NCBI GenBank assembly: GCA_964401865.1
Contig: CAYNZZ010000006.1
Coordinates: 33,398-65,397 of the forward strand
Source: an uncultured Erysipelotrichaceae bacterium
GTDB lineage: Bacteria; Bacillota_I; Bacilli_A; Erysipelotrichales; Erysipelotrichaceae
Direction: 5' to 3'
Length of the DNA stretch: 32,000 nt
Shown: positions 1 through 8,873 of the stretch, one piece after another
Position numbering within the stretch: the first letter of the stretch is position 1
Layout of the letters: each line of letters begins with the position of its first letter
Notes under the pieces: model-generated
Told to the model about the DNA's origin: nothing
Databases searched by the model: none
What the model saw: the letters and a program-made list of their open reading frames with translations, nothing else
Program-made: the position numbers and the translations under genes

Positions 1-125
1 ACCTCGTTATACCATTTTTCAGGTTCAACTAATTCATGAGTAATAAATTTCTTAAATACTTCAGTCAGTAAACTATCGCGATACAGAGTTCCATCTATAT
101 CAAAAAATGCTGCTATTTTTTTCAT
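1..125 (-). CDS. HAD-superfamily hydrolase, N-terminal fragment (gene continues beyond left edge)
   Basis: My own translation of the reverse strand from the ATG at 125-123 gives MKKIAAFFDIDGTLYRDSLLTEVFKKFITHELVEPEKWYNE. DIDGT is HAD motif I (DxDxT). It is not in the ORF track because the window truncates it. Confidence 0.6.
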   Translation of the reverse strand, partial: MKKIAAFFDIDGTLYRDSLLTEVFKKFITHELVEPEKWYNE

Positions 126-140
126 ATTTATATCATAGCA

Positions 141-168
141 TAAAAAGACTGCCATTTAGGCAGTCTTT
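141..168 (-). terminator. Rho-independent terminator candidate after the lctP/small-ORF unit
   Basis: The stem AAAGACTGCC (144-153) pairs with GGCAGTCTTT (159-168) around a 5-nt loop. On the minus strand the hairpin runs into CTTTTTAT. Confidence 0.5.
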
Positions 169-193
169 AAATTATAAACTAATTTGTTTCTGA

Positions 194-349
194 TTAGCAG
201 TTCATGTAAGCAAATCCACAACCAACAGCACAGATTGCTAAAGCAGCCCATTGGAAAGTTGCAGTTTGATTTAATGAAAGATATAGAATAACAACACAAA
301 TTGTGATCACTAATACAGAAAGCAGTTTCATTTTTACAGCTTTTGGCAT
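194..349 (-). CDS. 51-aa small membrane protein, translationally coupled to the lactate permease
   Basis: Own translation: MPKAVKMKLLSVLVITICVVILYLSLNQTATFQWAALAICAVGCGFAYMNC, with two hydrophobic segments. A GGAGG Shine-Dalgarno (SD) sequence lies 7 nt upstream of the ATG and overlaps the lctP TAG stop (TATAGGAGGTAACTAAATG). It is below the ORF-track size cutoff. Confidence 0.5.
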   Translation of the reverse strand: MPKAVKMKLLSVLVITICVVILYLSLNQTATFQWAALAICAVGCGFAYMNC

Positions 350-360
350 TTAGTTACCTC

Positions 361-1992
361 CTATAAACCAAGACCCATAGAAATTAGTAAGTATGATACT
401 AGACCAATTACTAAACCCTGGATAGCATTGTACATACCAGTTCTTGCAAGGATTTCTCCTTCTTTACCAGCCTGTCCAGATACACCTGTACCAAGAGCAG
501 CGTTTCCTGGAGAGAATGAGTTAGATAATGCAGCAGCAGCTGATTGTTCACCTAAGATGATTGGAGCAGAAATTCCTAATGCATCAGCAACACTGTATTG
601 TAAACCTGTGAATAGTAAGTTAGAAGATGTACCAGATGAAGTTACGAAACCACCTAGGATAGCTACGAATGGAGCCAAGATTGGATAGAATCCACCAGCA
701 ACCATAGCAATACCGTAAGCGATGTATTCAGTCATACCAGTTTCAGTTAATAATACAGCCATCATTGTTAATGGGATGATTGTAGTTGTAGAACCGATAG
801 ATTGTTTAATTGTCTTACCCCAAGCTTCTTTTACAGCACCTGTAGGAAGCATACCTTGAGATTTGTAGAATAAACCAGCTAAAGCAGCAGATAAGAAAAT
901 TAATGTACCAGGAGCAGTGAAGATTGCAATTGAAGAATATTTTGCAACAGCAGCTCTAGTATAACCCCAACCAGTAACTGTTTCAGCAAATGGTAAACCA
1001 ATCTTAACAGTATCAAGAGTTGATTTGATTGGACCTACTAAGTAGATAACGAATACAACAACTAGAAGGATTAAGTAAGCAGAGAATGCTTTTAAGAAAT
1101 CGCCCCAAGAAGTTGTAGATTCTTGTTTAGCATCAGCAGCTGGTTTGTACATTGGAAGAATTGGAAGTACAACTACACCAAGAATTAGACCAACAGCACC
1201 AGCGATGAAACATGCTAAGTAAGGAGCAACGAAGCTTACGCCGACTAATGTAGCACCCATAACAACTGATAAGAATGCAACAGCGATGAAACCTTGAGCA
1301 AATGCTTGTCCAACGTTATTGATACCTTTAGTACCATAGTTATGTAAGATACAGAAACCAACTAGTAAACCACCTAATGCAACTAGGATAGCACCCCAAA
1401 GAGCGATAGTTCCTTCATTAGCAACAGCCCATTCTTGGTTAGGAATGTTCTTCATCAATGTAGAGTACATTGAACCTAAAGAACCAAACGCAATACCCCA
1501 AGAGTGACCTAATAATGCAGTAACTACTGATAATAATGGGTCAAAACCTAGACCGATTAATAGTGGAGTAGCAACAGCTACTGGAACACCGAAACCACAA
1601 ACACCTTGAATGAATGTAGGGAAAGCCCAACCTAAAATCAAGATTTGAAGAATACGGTTACCATTTGTCATTTCAGTGAACTTGTCAGCGATAGTTTTGA
1701 AACTTCCTGTTTCATTAACTAGATTGTACAAGAACATTGAAGACCAAATGATATACAATACGAATAATGTAGACCAGAATCCCTTAACTGTACCAGCAAC
1801 TAGTACTTCAGGACCTGCTTTGAAGACAAAATAAGCGATTACGCAGGCTATTACCCAACCGATGATACCTGATTTAGCTCCACTTAATTTAAGTGCTAGC
1901 ATCAATACTAGGATTACAACGATAGGCAGAATTGCAAGTACCCAAGTTAGGATACCCATTTCAGGCAAGCCTTTTGCAACGACATCAAGCAT
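361..1992 (-). CDS. lctP: L-lactate permease (LctP/LldP family)
   Basis: A polytopic membrane protein of about 543 aa with LctP-family blocks such as GWAFPTFIQGVCGFGVPVAVATPLLIGLGF and LLGHSWGIAFGS. I moved the start to the ATG at 1992 (MLDVVAKG) because AAGGAGGAA lies 7 nt upstream. The track's upstream ATG sits inside that SD. Confidence 0.85.
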   Translation of the reverse strand: MLDVVAKGLPEMGILTWVLAILPIVVILVLMLALKLSGAKSGIIGWVIACVIAYFVFKAGPEVLVAGTVKGFWSTLFVLYIIWSSMFLYNLVNETGSFKTIADKFTEMTNGNRILQILILGWAFPTFIQGVCGFGVPVAVATPLLIGLGFDPLLSVVTALLGHSWGIAFGSLGSMYSTLMKNIPNQEWAVANEGTIALWGAILVALGGLLVGFCILHNYGTKGINNVGQAFAQGFIAVAFLSVVMGATLVGVSFVAPYLACFIAGAVGLILGVVVLPILPMYKPAADAKQESTTSWGDFLKAFSAYLILLVVVFVIYLVGPIKSTLDTVKIGLPFAETVTGWGYTRAAVAKYSSIAIFTAPGTLIFLSAALAGLFYKSQGMLPTGAVKEAWGKTIKQSIGSTTTIIPLTMMAVLLTETGMTEYIAYGIAMVAGGFYPILAPFVAILGGFVTSSGTSSNLLFTGLQYSVADALGISAPIILGEQSAAAALSNSFSPGNAALGTGVSGQAGKEGEILARTGMYNAIQGLVIGLVSYLLISMGLGL

Positions 1993-2027
1993 GAAATATT
2001 CCTCCTTCATTCACATAATGTACCTTC

Positions 2028-2036
2028 ATTCTAACA
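2028..2036 (-). promoter_or_regulatory. Extended -10 promoter candidate for lctP (TGtTAGAAT)
   Basis: The minus strand reads TGTTAGAAT about 35 nt upstream of the lctP start. No convincing -35 was found. Confidence 0.3.
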
Positions 2037-2080
2037 TATAATTGTTAAAAAATACACTAAATTGTGTTAAATTATGTGAT

Positions 2081-2108
2081 AAATAAAGAAAACCCCTTAT
2101 ATAAGGGG
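2081..2108 (-). terminator. Rho-independent terminator after the YeeE/YedE-like pair
   Basis: The GC-rich palindrome CCCCTTATATAAGGGG (2093-2108) is followed on the minus strand by TTTTCTTTATTT. Confidence 0.7.
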
Positions 2109-2128
2109 CTAAACTAAGATAAATTATT

Positions 2129-2671
2129 TTACTTTTTTTCGCTTTTGGCACTTAATTTGTAATAAATTGGACGTGCTAGAGCAATTCCAATGCAAATAAA
2201 TGGAATAATAATCCATCCCGATAAAGACATCATTGAAATGGCTCCATATACTTCGCCAATATTTGCTCCATAAATACCTTGCACACCGAATCCAACAGCT
2301 AAACCACCAATGACATACATTAAAGTATTCTTGAAACCTTTTGGGCCTTCAATCTTATATTGCCCCTGAAACAAGACTGTAATAACTGCTCCAAGAGCAT
2401 ATCCAACAATCAATACAAGTGTTGGACTCTCCAAGATACTTCTTTGGATCGAAGCTGTCAATTCAGGATTATTCAATATCGAGATAATATCAATCCCTAA
2501 AGCATTTAAACCTTTATATCCAAATATACTTAAAGGCATAGCAGTCGCAATCAAGGCTTCATTGACATAGAAGTACAAAATAGCTAGAAAGGCAATGAAC
2601 ATAATGCCCACAAATGGCGTCACATCAAAGACAAACAATACTTTTAAGGTCTTTTTAACTTTCTTTTTCAT
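2129..2671 (-). CDS. YeeE/YedE-family membrane protein, C-terminal-half homologue
   Basis: 180 aa and multi-TM. GFGVQGIYGANIGEVYGAISMMSLSGWI aligns by eye with the E. coli YeeE block GFGASIAGGCSIGNGLVMTAMMTWQGWI (recalled from memory). It overlaps the upstream partner by 17 nt. Confidence 0.5.
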   Translation of the reverse strand: MKKKVKKTLKVLFVFDVTPFVGIMFIAFLAILYFYVNEALIATAMPLSIFGYKGLNALGIDIISILNNPELTASIQRSILESPTLVLIVGYALGAVITVLFQGQYKIEGPKGFKNTLMYVIGGLAVGFGVQGIYGANIGEVYGAISMMSLSGWIIIPFICIGIALARPIYYKLSAKSEKK

Positions 2672-3299
2672 TCTTTTCCACCTTACTGCTCTTTATTTTG
2701 ATAATGAAATAACTTATTACGATTAAAATTCCTTGAATTGTTATAGCGATTGGCCAGCCAAACATCTCTGGCATATATAAGCTGCGCTCTTTAAAGATTG
2801 TAATAGCGTGATCTCGTACCACAACACCTAATACTGAGCCAATAAAATAAAATACAGCCGCAACAATAAAATCGAATTTCCCATTGACTACTTTTCTAAT
2901 AATGCCAGAACCGGCAGAGCCAAGTAAGCAGATACCAAAACCAAAGATAATAGCTGCGAATAAGAAATAAACAGAAACTCTTGTCGGTCTTGCCAAGAAA
3001 GCCTCATAATCAAAAGTTCCATTGTATAGTCCTAAAATAATAATTAAATTGATACCTATACAGGTAATAACCGTCATGATGAAGAATAATTTAGTAAAAG
3101 AATAATCCTTATCCATGATTGGTGAGCGTAAATTACCTGTAAAACTGAATTCAGTTCTTGACATAATCATGCCAAAAAATAATCCAATTATTAAATTTAT
3201 GCACAATCTCGCCGATGTCTTGGATAAGTAAAAAGCCAAGGCAATAGCTAGCACCAATAAAGAATAGGCAATAGTTTTTTCGATCTGTCTTTTTGTCAT
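2655..3299 (-). CDS. YeeE/YedE-family membrane protein, N-terminal-half homologue
   Basis: 214 aa and multi-TM. GMIMSRTEFSFTGNLR resembles YeeE GFVMQRGRFCLTGGFR, and GFGICLLGSAGSG resembles GLGIVLAGGCATG. Confidence 0.5.
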   Translation of the reverse strand: MTKRQIEKTIAYSLLVLAIALAFYLSKTSARLCINLIIGLFFGMIMSRTEFSFTGNLRSPIMDKDYSFTKLFFIMTVITCIGINLIIILGLYNGTFDYEAFLARPTRVSVYFLFAAIIFGFGICLLGSAGSGIIRKVVNGKFDFIVAAVFYFIGSVLGVVVRDHAITIFKERSLYMPEMFGWPIAITIQGILIVISYFIIKIKSSKVEKNEKES

Positions 3300-3401
3300 A
3301 ACTTGCCCTCCCTTAAATTTAATTTAAGAAGTATTATACTCTTTTGTAAAAGCGTTTTAAAGTGGTTTTTAATAAGTTATAAAATTAACAACATAAACAC
3401 A

Positions 3402-3431
3402 TAAAAAGAGCGTTTTCACGCCCTTTTTATG
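3402..3431 (-). terminator. Terminator candidate after ppdK
   Basis: The minus strand reads AAAAAGGGCGTGAAAACGCTCTTTTTAT. This is a short GC stem (one G-U pair) followed by a T-run, 16 nt after the ppdK stop. Confidence 0.5.
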
Positions 3432-3446
3432 TGTTTTGTAATTTAT

Positions 3447-6077
3447 TTATTTTTCGCTATCGTTGATGATGCTGGCTTGTGCGGCAGCAAGACGAGCGAT
3501 AGGTACTAGATATGGTGAACAAGATACATAGTTGAATCCAACTTTATCTAAGAAATTGATAGTAGTAGGATCAGCTGAATGTTCTCCACAGATACCAACC
3601 TTCAAATCAGGTCTTACAGAACGACCGCGTTGGATACCGATTTCAACTAATTCACCAACACCTTCGATATCCATTCTTTGGAATGGATCGTATTCAAGAA
3701 TTTGACGATCATAGTAATATTGCAAGAATTTACCAGCATCATCTCTAGAGAAACCGAAACTCAATTGAGTTAAGTCATTAGTTCCGAACGAGAAGAATGT
3801 TGATTTCTCAGCAATATCATCTGCAATTAAGCAAGAACGAGGAGTTTCCATACATGTACCGATCTTATAGCTTACACTAACGCCTTCTTCAGCAATTCTC
3901 TTTTCAGCCGTTTCTTTCATGATGTCATAGATGAACTCGAATTCTTTCTTAATATTTACAAGCGGTACCATCAACTCAACATGAACATCATATCCACATT
4001 CTTTCTTAACATTGATGGCAGCTTGGATGATAGCTTCAGTCTGCATAACAGCGATTTCTGGATAAGAGATATCCAAACGGCATCCACGGTGACCCATCAT
4101 TGGATTTTGTTCATGAAGTGTAGATACTTTATCTTGAATGTCTTGCACTGAAACTCCTAAATCATCAGCGATTTCTTTTTGTGTTTCAAGAGTCTTAGGT
4201 AAGAATTCATGTAAAGGTGGATCTAAGTAACGAATTGTAACAGGTAATTCTTTTGTCTCACGGAAGATTTCTTCAAAGTTTTCACGGTGAAGCGGTAATA
4301 CTTTTTCTAAAGCAACCTTTCTCTCTTCGGTTGTCTTAGCAAGAATCATCTCACGGATTGCACGAATTCTCTTCTTTTCAAAGAACATATGTTCGGTTCT
4401 GACAAGACCGATACCACCAGCGCCAAACTCAATGCCTTGTTTAGCATCAGCAGCAGTATCACCGTTAATCATGACGCCTAATTTTCTTCTTTCATCAGCC
4501 CAAGTCATAAATTTAGCAAAATTACCAGAAATTTGAGCTGGAATAGTCTTAATTTGACCATCATAAACACTACCAGTATCACCATCTAGTGAAATCCAGT
4601 CACCTTCCTTGTATGATCTGCCACCAAGAATAAATTCATCTTCACCATGGAATACGATTTCGCCACATCCGGCAACACAAGTAGTTCCCATACCTCTAGC
4701 AACTACGGCAGCGTGAGAAGTCATACCACCGCGAGCAGTTAAGATACCTTCGGATACATGCATACCTTCAATATCTTCAGCAGATGTCTCAAGACGAACT
4801 AATATAACTTTCTTGCCATCTTTTGCCCATGCAGAAGCAGTTTGTTGGTTAAATACAACTTGACCTGTAGCTGCACCTGGAGAAGCAGGTAAACCTTTAG
4901 CAATCGGAGTCTTAGCTTTTAAATCTTCAGGATCGAATGTAGGATGTAGTAATGACGATAATTGTTTAGGTTCAACTTGCATCAAAGCTTCATCTTTAGT
5001 AACCATTCCTTCCTCGTATAAATCAACGGCAATCTTTAAAGCAGCGCGAGCAGTTCTCTTGCCGTTACGAGTTTGAAGAATAAACAGTTTTCTTTTTTCA
5101 ATTGTATATTCAAGGTCTTGCATGTTGTGGAAACGATCTTCAAGTTTCTTACAAATTGCAACGAATTGTTCATATACTTCTGGCATATCTTTTTCAAGTT
5201 CTTCGATGTGTTTAGGTGTTCTAACACCAGCAACAACGTCTTCACCTTGAGCATTTAATAGATATTCACCATAAATAGCATTTTCACCAGTAGATGGGTT
5301 ACGAGTAAAGGCAACACCTGTACCACTGTCATCACCCATGTTACCAAATACCATCTCTTGAACGTTAACAGCAGTACCCCATGCCGAAGGAATATCGTTC
5401 ATACGGCGGTAGTAAATTGCACGTTCGTTCATCCAAGAACGGAAAACAGCTTCGATAGCATTCAATAATTGTTCTTTTGGTTCAGTAGGGAATTCCTTAC
5501 CCAAAGTATCTTTGTAGATTGTTTTAAATTCACTAACTAGACGTTTCAAATCATCAACATCTAATTCGCTGTCTAACTTAACGCCTTTTTCTTCTTTCAA
5601 ACGATCGATATGGGCCTCAAATTCGCTCTTTGAAACGCCCATAACAACGTCAGAATACATTTGAACAAAACGACGATAGCTATCATAAGCAAAACGTTCA
5701 TCATTAGTAAGTTTAGCCAATGAAGCAGCTACTTCATCATTAATACCTAAGTTTAGAATAGTATCCATCATACCTGGCATACTAGCGCGAGCACCAGAAC
5801 GAACAGAAACTAATAGGGGATTTTCTAAATCGCCAAATTTCTTACCAGTAAGAGCTTCTAACTTTTCAACATATTCAAAAACCTGTTCTTTTAAAGTTTC
5901 TGAAATTTTTTCACCATCATCAAAGTAAGAATTGCATGCTTCAGTTGTAATTGTGAAGCCTTGAGGAACTGGAAGTCCAAGGTTTGTCATCTCAGCTAGG
6001 TTTGCGCCTTTACCACCTAGAAGATTACGCATTGAGCCGTTACCTTCAGAGAATAAATACACTAATTTGTTGCTCAT
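3447..6077 (-). CDS. ppdK: Pyruvate, phosphate dikinase
   Basis: N-terminal ATP-grasp motif LLGGKGANLAEM, phosphohistidine motif GGMTSHAAVVARGMG, C-terminal PEP/pyruvate domain motif VGICGEHSADP, and a length of about 876 aa. The start is set to the ATG at 6077 (MSNKLVY), which is preceded by AAAGGAGGA. The track's TTG extension contains that SD. Confidence 0.95.
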   Translation of the reverse strand: MSNKLVYLFSEGNGSMRNLLGGKGANLAEMTNLGLPVPQGFTITTEACNSYFDDGEKISETLKEQVFEYVEKLEALTGKKFGDLENPLLVSVRSGARASMPGMMDTILNLGINDEVAASLAKLTNDERFAYDSYRRFVQMYSDVVMGVSKSEFEAHIDRLKEEKGVKLDSELDVDDLKRLVSEFKTIYKDTLGKEFPTEPKEQLLNAIEAVFRSWMNERAIYYRRMNDIPSAWGTAVNVQEMVFGNMGDDSGTGVAFTRNPSTGENAIYGEYLLNAQGEDVVAGVRTPKHIEELEKDMPEVYEQFVAICKKLEDRFHNMQDLEYTIEKRKLFILQTRNGKRTARAALKIAVDLYEEGMVTKDEALMQVEPKQLSSLLHPTFDPEDLKAKTPIAKGLPASPGAATGQVVFNQQTASAWAKDGKKVILVRLETSAEDIEGMHVSEGILTARGGMTSHAAVVARGMGTTCVAGCGEIVFHGEDEFILGGRSYKEGDWISLDGDTGSVYDGQIKTIPAQISGNFAKFMTWADERRKLGVMINGDTAADAKQGIEFGAGGIGLVRTEHMFFEKKRIRAIREMILAKTTEERKVALEKVLPLHRENFEEIFRETKELPVTIRYLDPPLHEFLPKTLETQKEIADDLGVSVQDIQDKVSTLHEQNPMMGHRGCRLDISYPEIAVMQTEAIIQAAINVKKECGYDVHVELMVPLVNIKKEFEFIYDIMKETAEKRIAEEGVSVSYKIGTCMETPRSCLIADDIAEKSTFFSFGTNDLTQLSFGFSRDDAGKFLQYYYDRQILEYDPFQRMDIEGVGELVEIGIQRGRSVRPDLKVGICGEHSADPTTINFLDKVGFNYVSCSPYLVPIARLAAAQASIINDSEK

Positions 6078-6124
6078 ATGTCCTCCTTTAGTCAACAAAG
6101 CGATTTTAATAACCGCTTACATTC

Positions 6125-6133
6125 ATTTTAACA
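6125..6133 (-). promoter_or_regulatory. Extended -10 promoter candidate for ppdK (TGtTAAAAT)
   Basis: The minus strand reads TGTTAAAAT about 48 nt upstream of the ppdK ATG. Confidence 0.3.
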
Positions 6134-6163
6134 CATATCATTTAAATGCACACCATAATTGCT

Positions 6164-6547
6164 TTATTTCTTTTTGCTAATGTTAATCTTAAAATAATCA
6201 AACAGGTAGATAGGCAAATATCTAAATACTTCTTGTCTTTTGACCATCTTTTCGTATTTTTCTTTAACTAAAATACATATCATCTCCACTATCAAAGAAA
6301 TATTTAAAATCAGTTCAATCAAGAATAAATAATCGGCAATCTCATCGCTTTTAAAACCCATAAAAATAAAGGTTGCAGTCATTAATAATAAAGAAACAAC
6401 TAAATAACGCAAAATTTTAATTTTCTCTTGAATAATAAAAACAAATAAAAATGTAGATAAAAGCAAGAATAAAGATACTTCACTCATGTTAAAAATAAAT
6501 AGTGCCCACCCTGTAAAAGTCGATAGAAACAACATTGTTAAACTCAT
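6164..6547 (-). CDS. Hypothetical small integral membrane protein (about 4 TM)
   Basis: 127 aa, strongly hydrophobic, with a good SD (AGGAGGG 7 nt upstream of the ATG). No family recognised. Confidence 0.55.
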   Translation of the reverse strand: MSLTMLFLSTFTGWALFIFNMSEVSLFLLLSTFLFVFIIQEKIKILRYLVVSLLLMTATFIFMGFKSDEIADYLFLIELILNISLIVEMICILVKEKYEKMVKRQEVFRYLPIYLFDYFKINISKKK

Positions 6548-6596
6548 AATCTTACCCTCCTGACATCTAAATAATATGCTTCAAAGTATAAAGATA

Positions 6597-6614
6597 TGTC
6601 CAAATATTTGGACA
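6597..6614. promoter_or_regulatory. Perfect 18-bp palindrome, probable operator in the divergent promoter region
   Basis: TGTCCAAATATTTGGACA is its own reverse complement. It sits 8 nt upstream of a TATAAT box and 20 nt upstream of the WYL-regulator ATG. Confidence 0.5.
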
Positions 6615-6621
6615 GTTATTA

Positions 6622-6627
6622 TATAAT
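6622..6627 (+). promoter_or_regulatory. -10 box (TATAAT) for the WYL regulator gene; the spacing implies a leaderless mRNA
   Basis: A consensus TATAAT ends 6 nt before the ATG at 6634, and there is no SD in between (TTAGTT). Confidence 0.35.
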
Positions 6628-6633
6628 TTAGTT

Positions 6634-7572
6634 ATGAATAAAAAACGTGTTTTAGCATTGCTATTTATTTTTATTAAGTATAGTGATGATACCAATCATT
6701 TAAGTATTACTGATATTTTAAATATCTTAGCCAAAGAATACGATATTTTTGATGCCAATAGAAAAACCATCTACAACGATATCAAGACATTAAATAATTT
6801 TGAGAACATCGATATTAAACTAGAGAAAAACGGCTACTATTTAGTTTCTTTTTTAAATATAGCCGAATTAAAACTTTTAAATGATGCGCTTTCAAATATC
6901 AAACACATCAATAAAAAAGACAAAGATAAATTTCAGGATAAGCTTAACCAATTATGTTCTATCTATAATAGAAAGATTATTAATGAACTATCATATGTAA
7001 CAAATGATAAACAAAATAGTAACTTCATCCAAAATTTAAACATTATTTTATCAGCGATCAAAAAACAAAGAATCTTAAATATTAGTATCAAAAAAAATAA
7101 GTCTTCAATAAAACCTTATTTTCTATATCGTGACAATGGTTTCTATTATCTTTTCTATTCCTACACTAGCAGTGATAATCTATATAAAGTGCGTTTCGAC
7201 CGCATCAAAGATTTAACGATGAGTGATGAAACTTTCATATCATCAATATCAAAAGATAAAATACTCGAAAGTATTGCCGAAAGCACCAATATATTCCACT
7301 CTAAAGATGTCAAAAGGGTAAAAATACAAATATTAGATGACAATTTAGATGTTTACTCAAGACTCCAAGATGACTTTTTAAATATCATTATCAATCAGAC
7401 TAAAAAAGAAGCTTATTTAAAAGTGAGTATTAATAATGCTCTGTTTTCTAAATTAGCCTCTTACCAAAACAAAATAAAAGTCTTGGAACCAATTGAAGTA
7501 TCAACTATGTACCAAGACTATTTACAGTCAATTATTAATGTCTATTTGCCAGAAAATCTATTGGTATCATAA
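6634..7572 (+). CDS. WYL-domain transcriptional regulator (N-terminal wHTH, YafY/BrxR/CapW-like architecture)
   Basis: The N-terminal HTH-like segment is LSITDILNILAKEYDIFDANRKTIYNDIKTL. The central WYL-type block is RILNISIKKNKSSIKPYFLYRDNGFYYLFYSY...YKVRFDRIKDL. Confidence 0.7.
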   Translation: MNKKRVLALLFIFIKYSDDTNHLSITDILNILAKEYDIFDANRKTIYNDIKTLNNFENIDIKLEKNGYYLVSFLNIAELKLLNDALSNIKHINKKDKDKFQDKLNQLCSIYNRKIINELSYVTNDKQNSNFIQNLNIILSAIKKQRILNISIKKNKSSIKPYFLYRDNGFYYLFYSYTSSDNLYKVRFDRIKDLTMSDETFISSISKDKILESIAESTNIFHSKDVKRVKIQILDDNLDVYSRLQDDFLNIIINQTKKEAYLKVSINNALFSKLASYQNKIKVLEPIEVSTMYQDYLQSIINVYLPENLLVS

Positions 7573-8786
7573 CCAACATCTAATGCATTCATCAATTCAC
7601 TGACAGTTACCAGCTGATAACCACTGGAAATCAGTTCTGGTACTATCTCACTCATTGCATCGGCTGTCGTTTGATAAATGTCGTGAAATAAAACGATATC
7701 ATTTTCATCTACACTTCCATATACAACTTCTTTAATTGCAGATGGATTTCTGCTTTTCCAGTCTTCACTATCTACATTCCATAAAATAGCCGGAAATGGT
7801 TGTGCCTCATAAACAGAGTCACTGAGTGAGCCATATGGTGGACGATATAGCCTCATTTCATAACCAAAACCATCTTTTAAATCGTTATATGGAGTCAGTA
7901 TTTCCTCTTTAATACTGTCGTAATCAAGCTTAGTTAAATTTAAATGCGATTGAGTATGCGACGCGTATTCATTGCCTTGTTCAACTACTTCTTTAATAAA
8001 AGGCACTTCCTTATCTAATCTTAAATTTGATCCCAAACAAAAGAAAGTTGCGACCGAATCATAATAAGATAGAGTATCAACAATCTGAGAAGTGGTCGGA
8101 ATGTAGGGACCATCATCAAAAGTAATAGCCACCATCGGACGATTTGGATCGATATATCGTGGTTTAACATATAATTCGTTTGGATAGCCTAGATTTTTAT
8201 GAATAATAGCTTGCATATACTTTAACGGTACATTGACATCAATATCAAAAGAAGGAAGACTAACAACTAGATTTTCACCGTCAACATGATACTCTGAGTC
8301 TGACAAATCTAAGTTATCAACATATGACTTTTCATAAAAATCAGTTGTATAAGCTTCATCACGGCCCTCTTTTTTATATTGGTAGCGTAAATAATCAGAA
8401 ATTATCTGTTTGGCACTACCATCGATATCTTCATTAGAGATAGTGAGTTCCTTTCCTTCACTATCAATAAAATATTTGGTCCCTTGTCCGTAATCAACCA
8501 ATTTATAATCACCATAAGGTTTTAAAGTATAATCATAAATTCTATCATCTTTAACGCCTTTGCATAATGATTCAGCCACTTTTCCGCCATTATCTGTTCC
8601 ATTTGGATAAAAAACCAAACAATGAGCATTCTGATATTTTGCCGAATTCTCATGAATGCTTTTTTTGCCAATGAATTTAAAATTAAAACTCGTGAATAAA
8701 AAAAGCAGTAATCCAATAATACAAATAATTATAATTAAAAGTACAATAAGTGCACTCTTACGAACTTTCCTTACTTTTTTAGCCAT
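7542..8786 (-). CDS. Membrane-anchored polysaccharide (peptidoglycan) deacetylase, NodB homology domain
   Basis: An N-terminal TM anchor, then NodB motifs TFDDGP, HTQSH and RPPYG, plus LFHD. The 3' end overlaps the convergent WYL gene by 31 nt. Confidence 0.85.
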   Translation of the reverse strand: MAKKVRKVRKSALIVLLIIIICIIGLLLFLFTSFNFKFIGKKSIHENSAKYQNAHCLVFYPNGTDNGGKVAESLCKGVKDDRIYDYTLKPYGDYKLVDYGQGTKYFIDSEGKELTISNEDIDGSAKQIISDYLRYQYKKEGRDEAYTTDFYEKSYVDNLDLSDSEYHVDGENLVVSLPSFDIDVNVPLKYMQAIIHKNLGYPNELYVKPRYIDPNRPMVAITFDDGPYIPTTSQIVDTLSYYDSVATFFCLGSNLRLDKEVPFIKEVVEQGNEYASHTQSHLNLTKLDYDSIKEEILTPYNDLKDGFGYEMRLYRPPYGSLSDSVYEAQPFPAILWNVDSEDWKSRNPSAIKEVVYGSVDENDIVLFHDIYQTTADAMSEIVPELISSGYQLVTVSELMNALDVGYDTNRFSGK

Positions 8787-8841
8787 TATATATCACCACA
8801 ATTAACATTATACTATTTATTTAATAATAATGTAATCCAAG

Positions 8842-8850
8842 TGGTATAAT
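8842..8850 (+). promoter_or_regulatory. Extended -10 promoter (TGgTATAAT) for the aldolase/rluF unit
   Basis: TGGTATAAT lies 24 nt upstream of the ATG at 8874, with SD AAGAGGTGA in between. Confidence 0.45.
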
Positions 8851-8873
8851 CATAAATTATAAGAGGTGAATTT

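Noticed and set aside
1993-2010. N-terminal extensions given in the ORF track for lctP (1993-2010), ppdK (6078-6098), srtB (11405-11464) and the isomerase-like gene (19138-19191).
   Set aside because: For lctP, ppdK and the isomerase-like gene the extension contains the Shine-Dalgarno sequence of a downstream in-frame ATG. For srtB it runs through the upstream terminator hairpin. The shorter starts also match the expected family N-termini.
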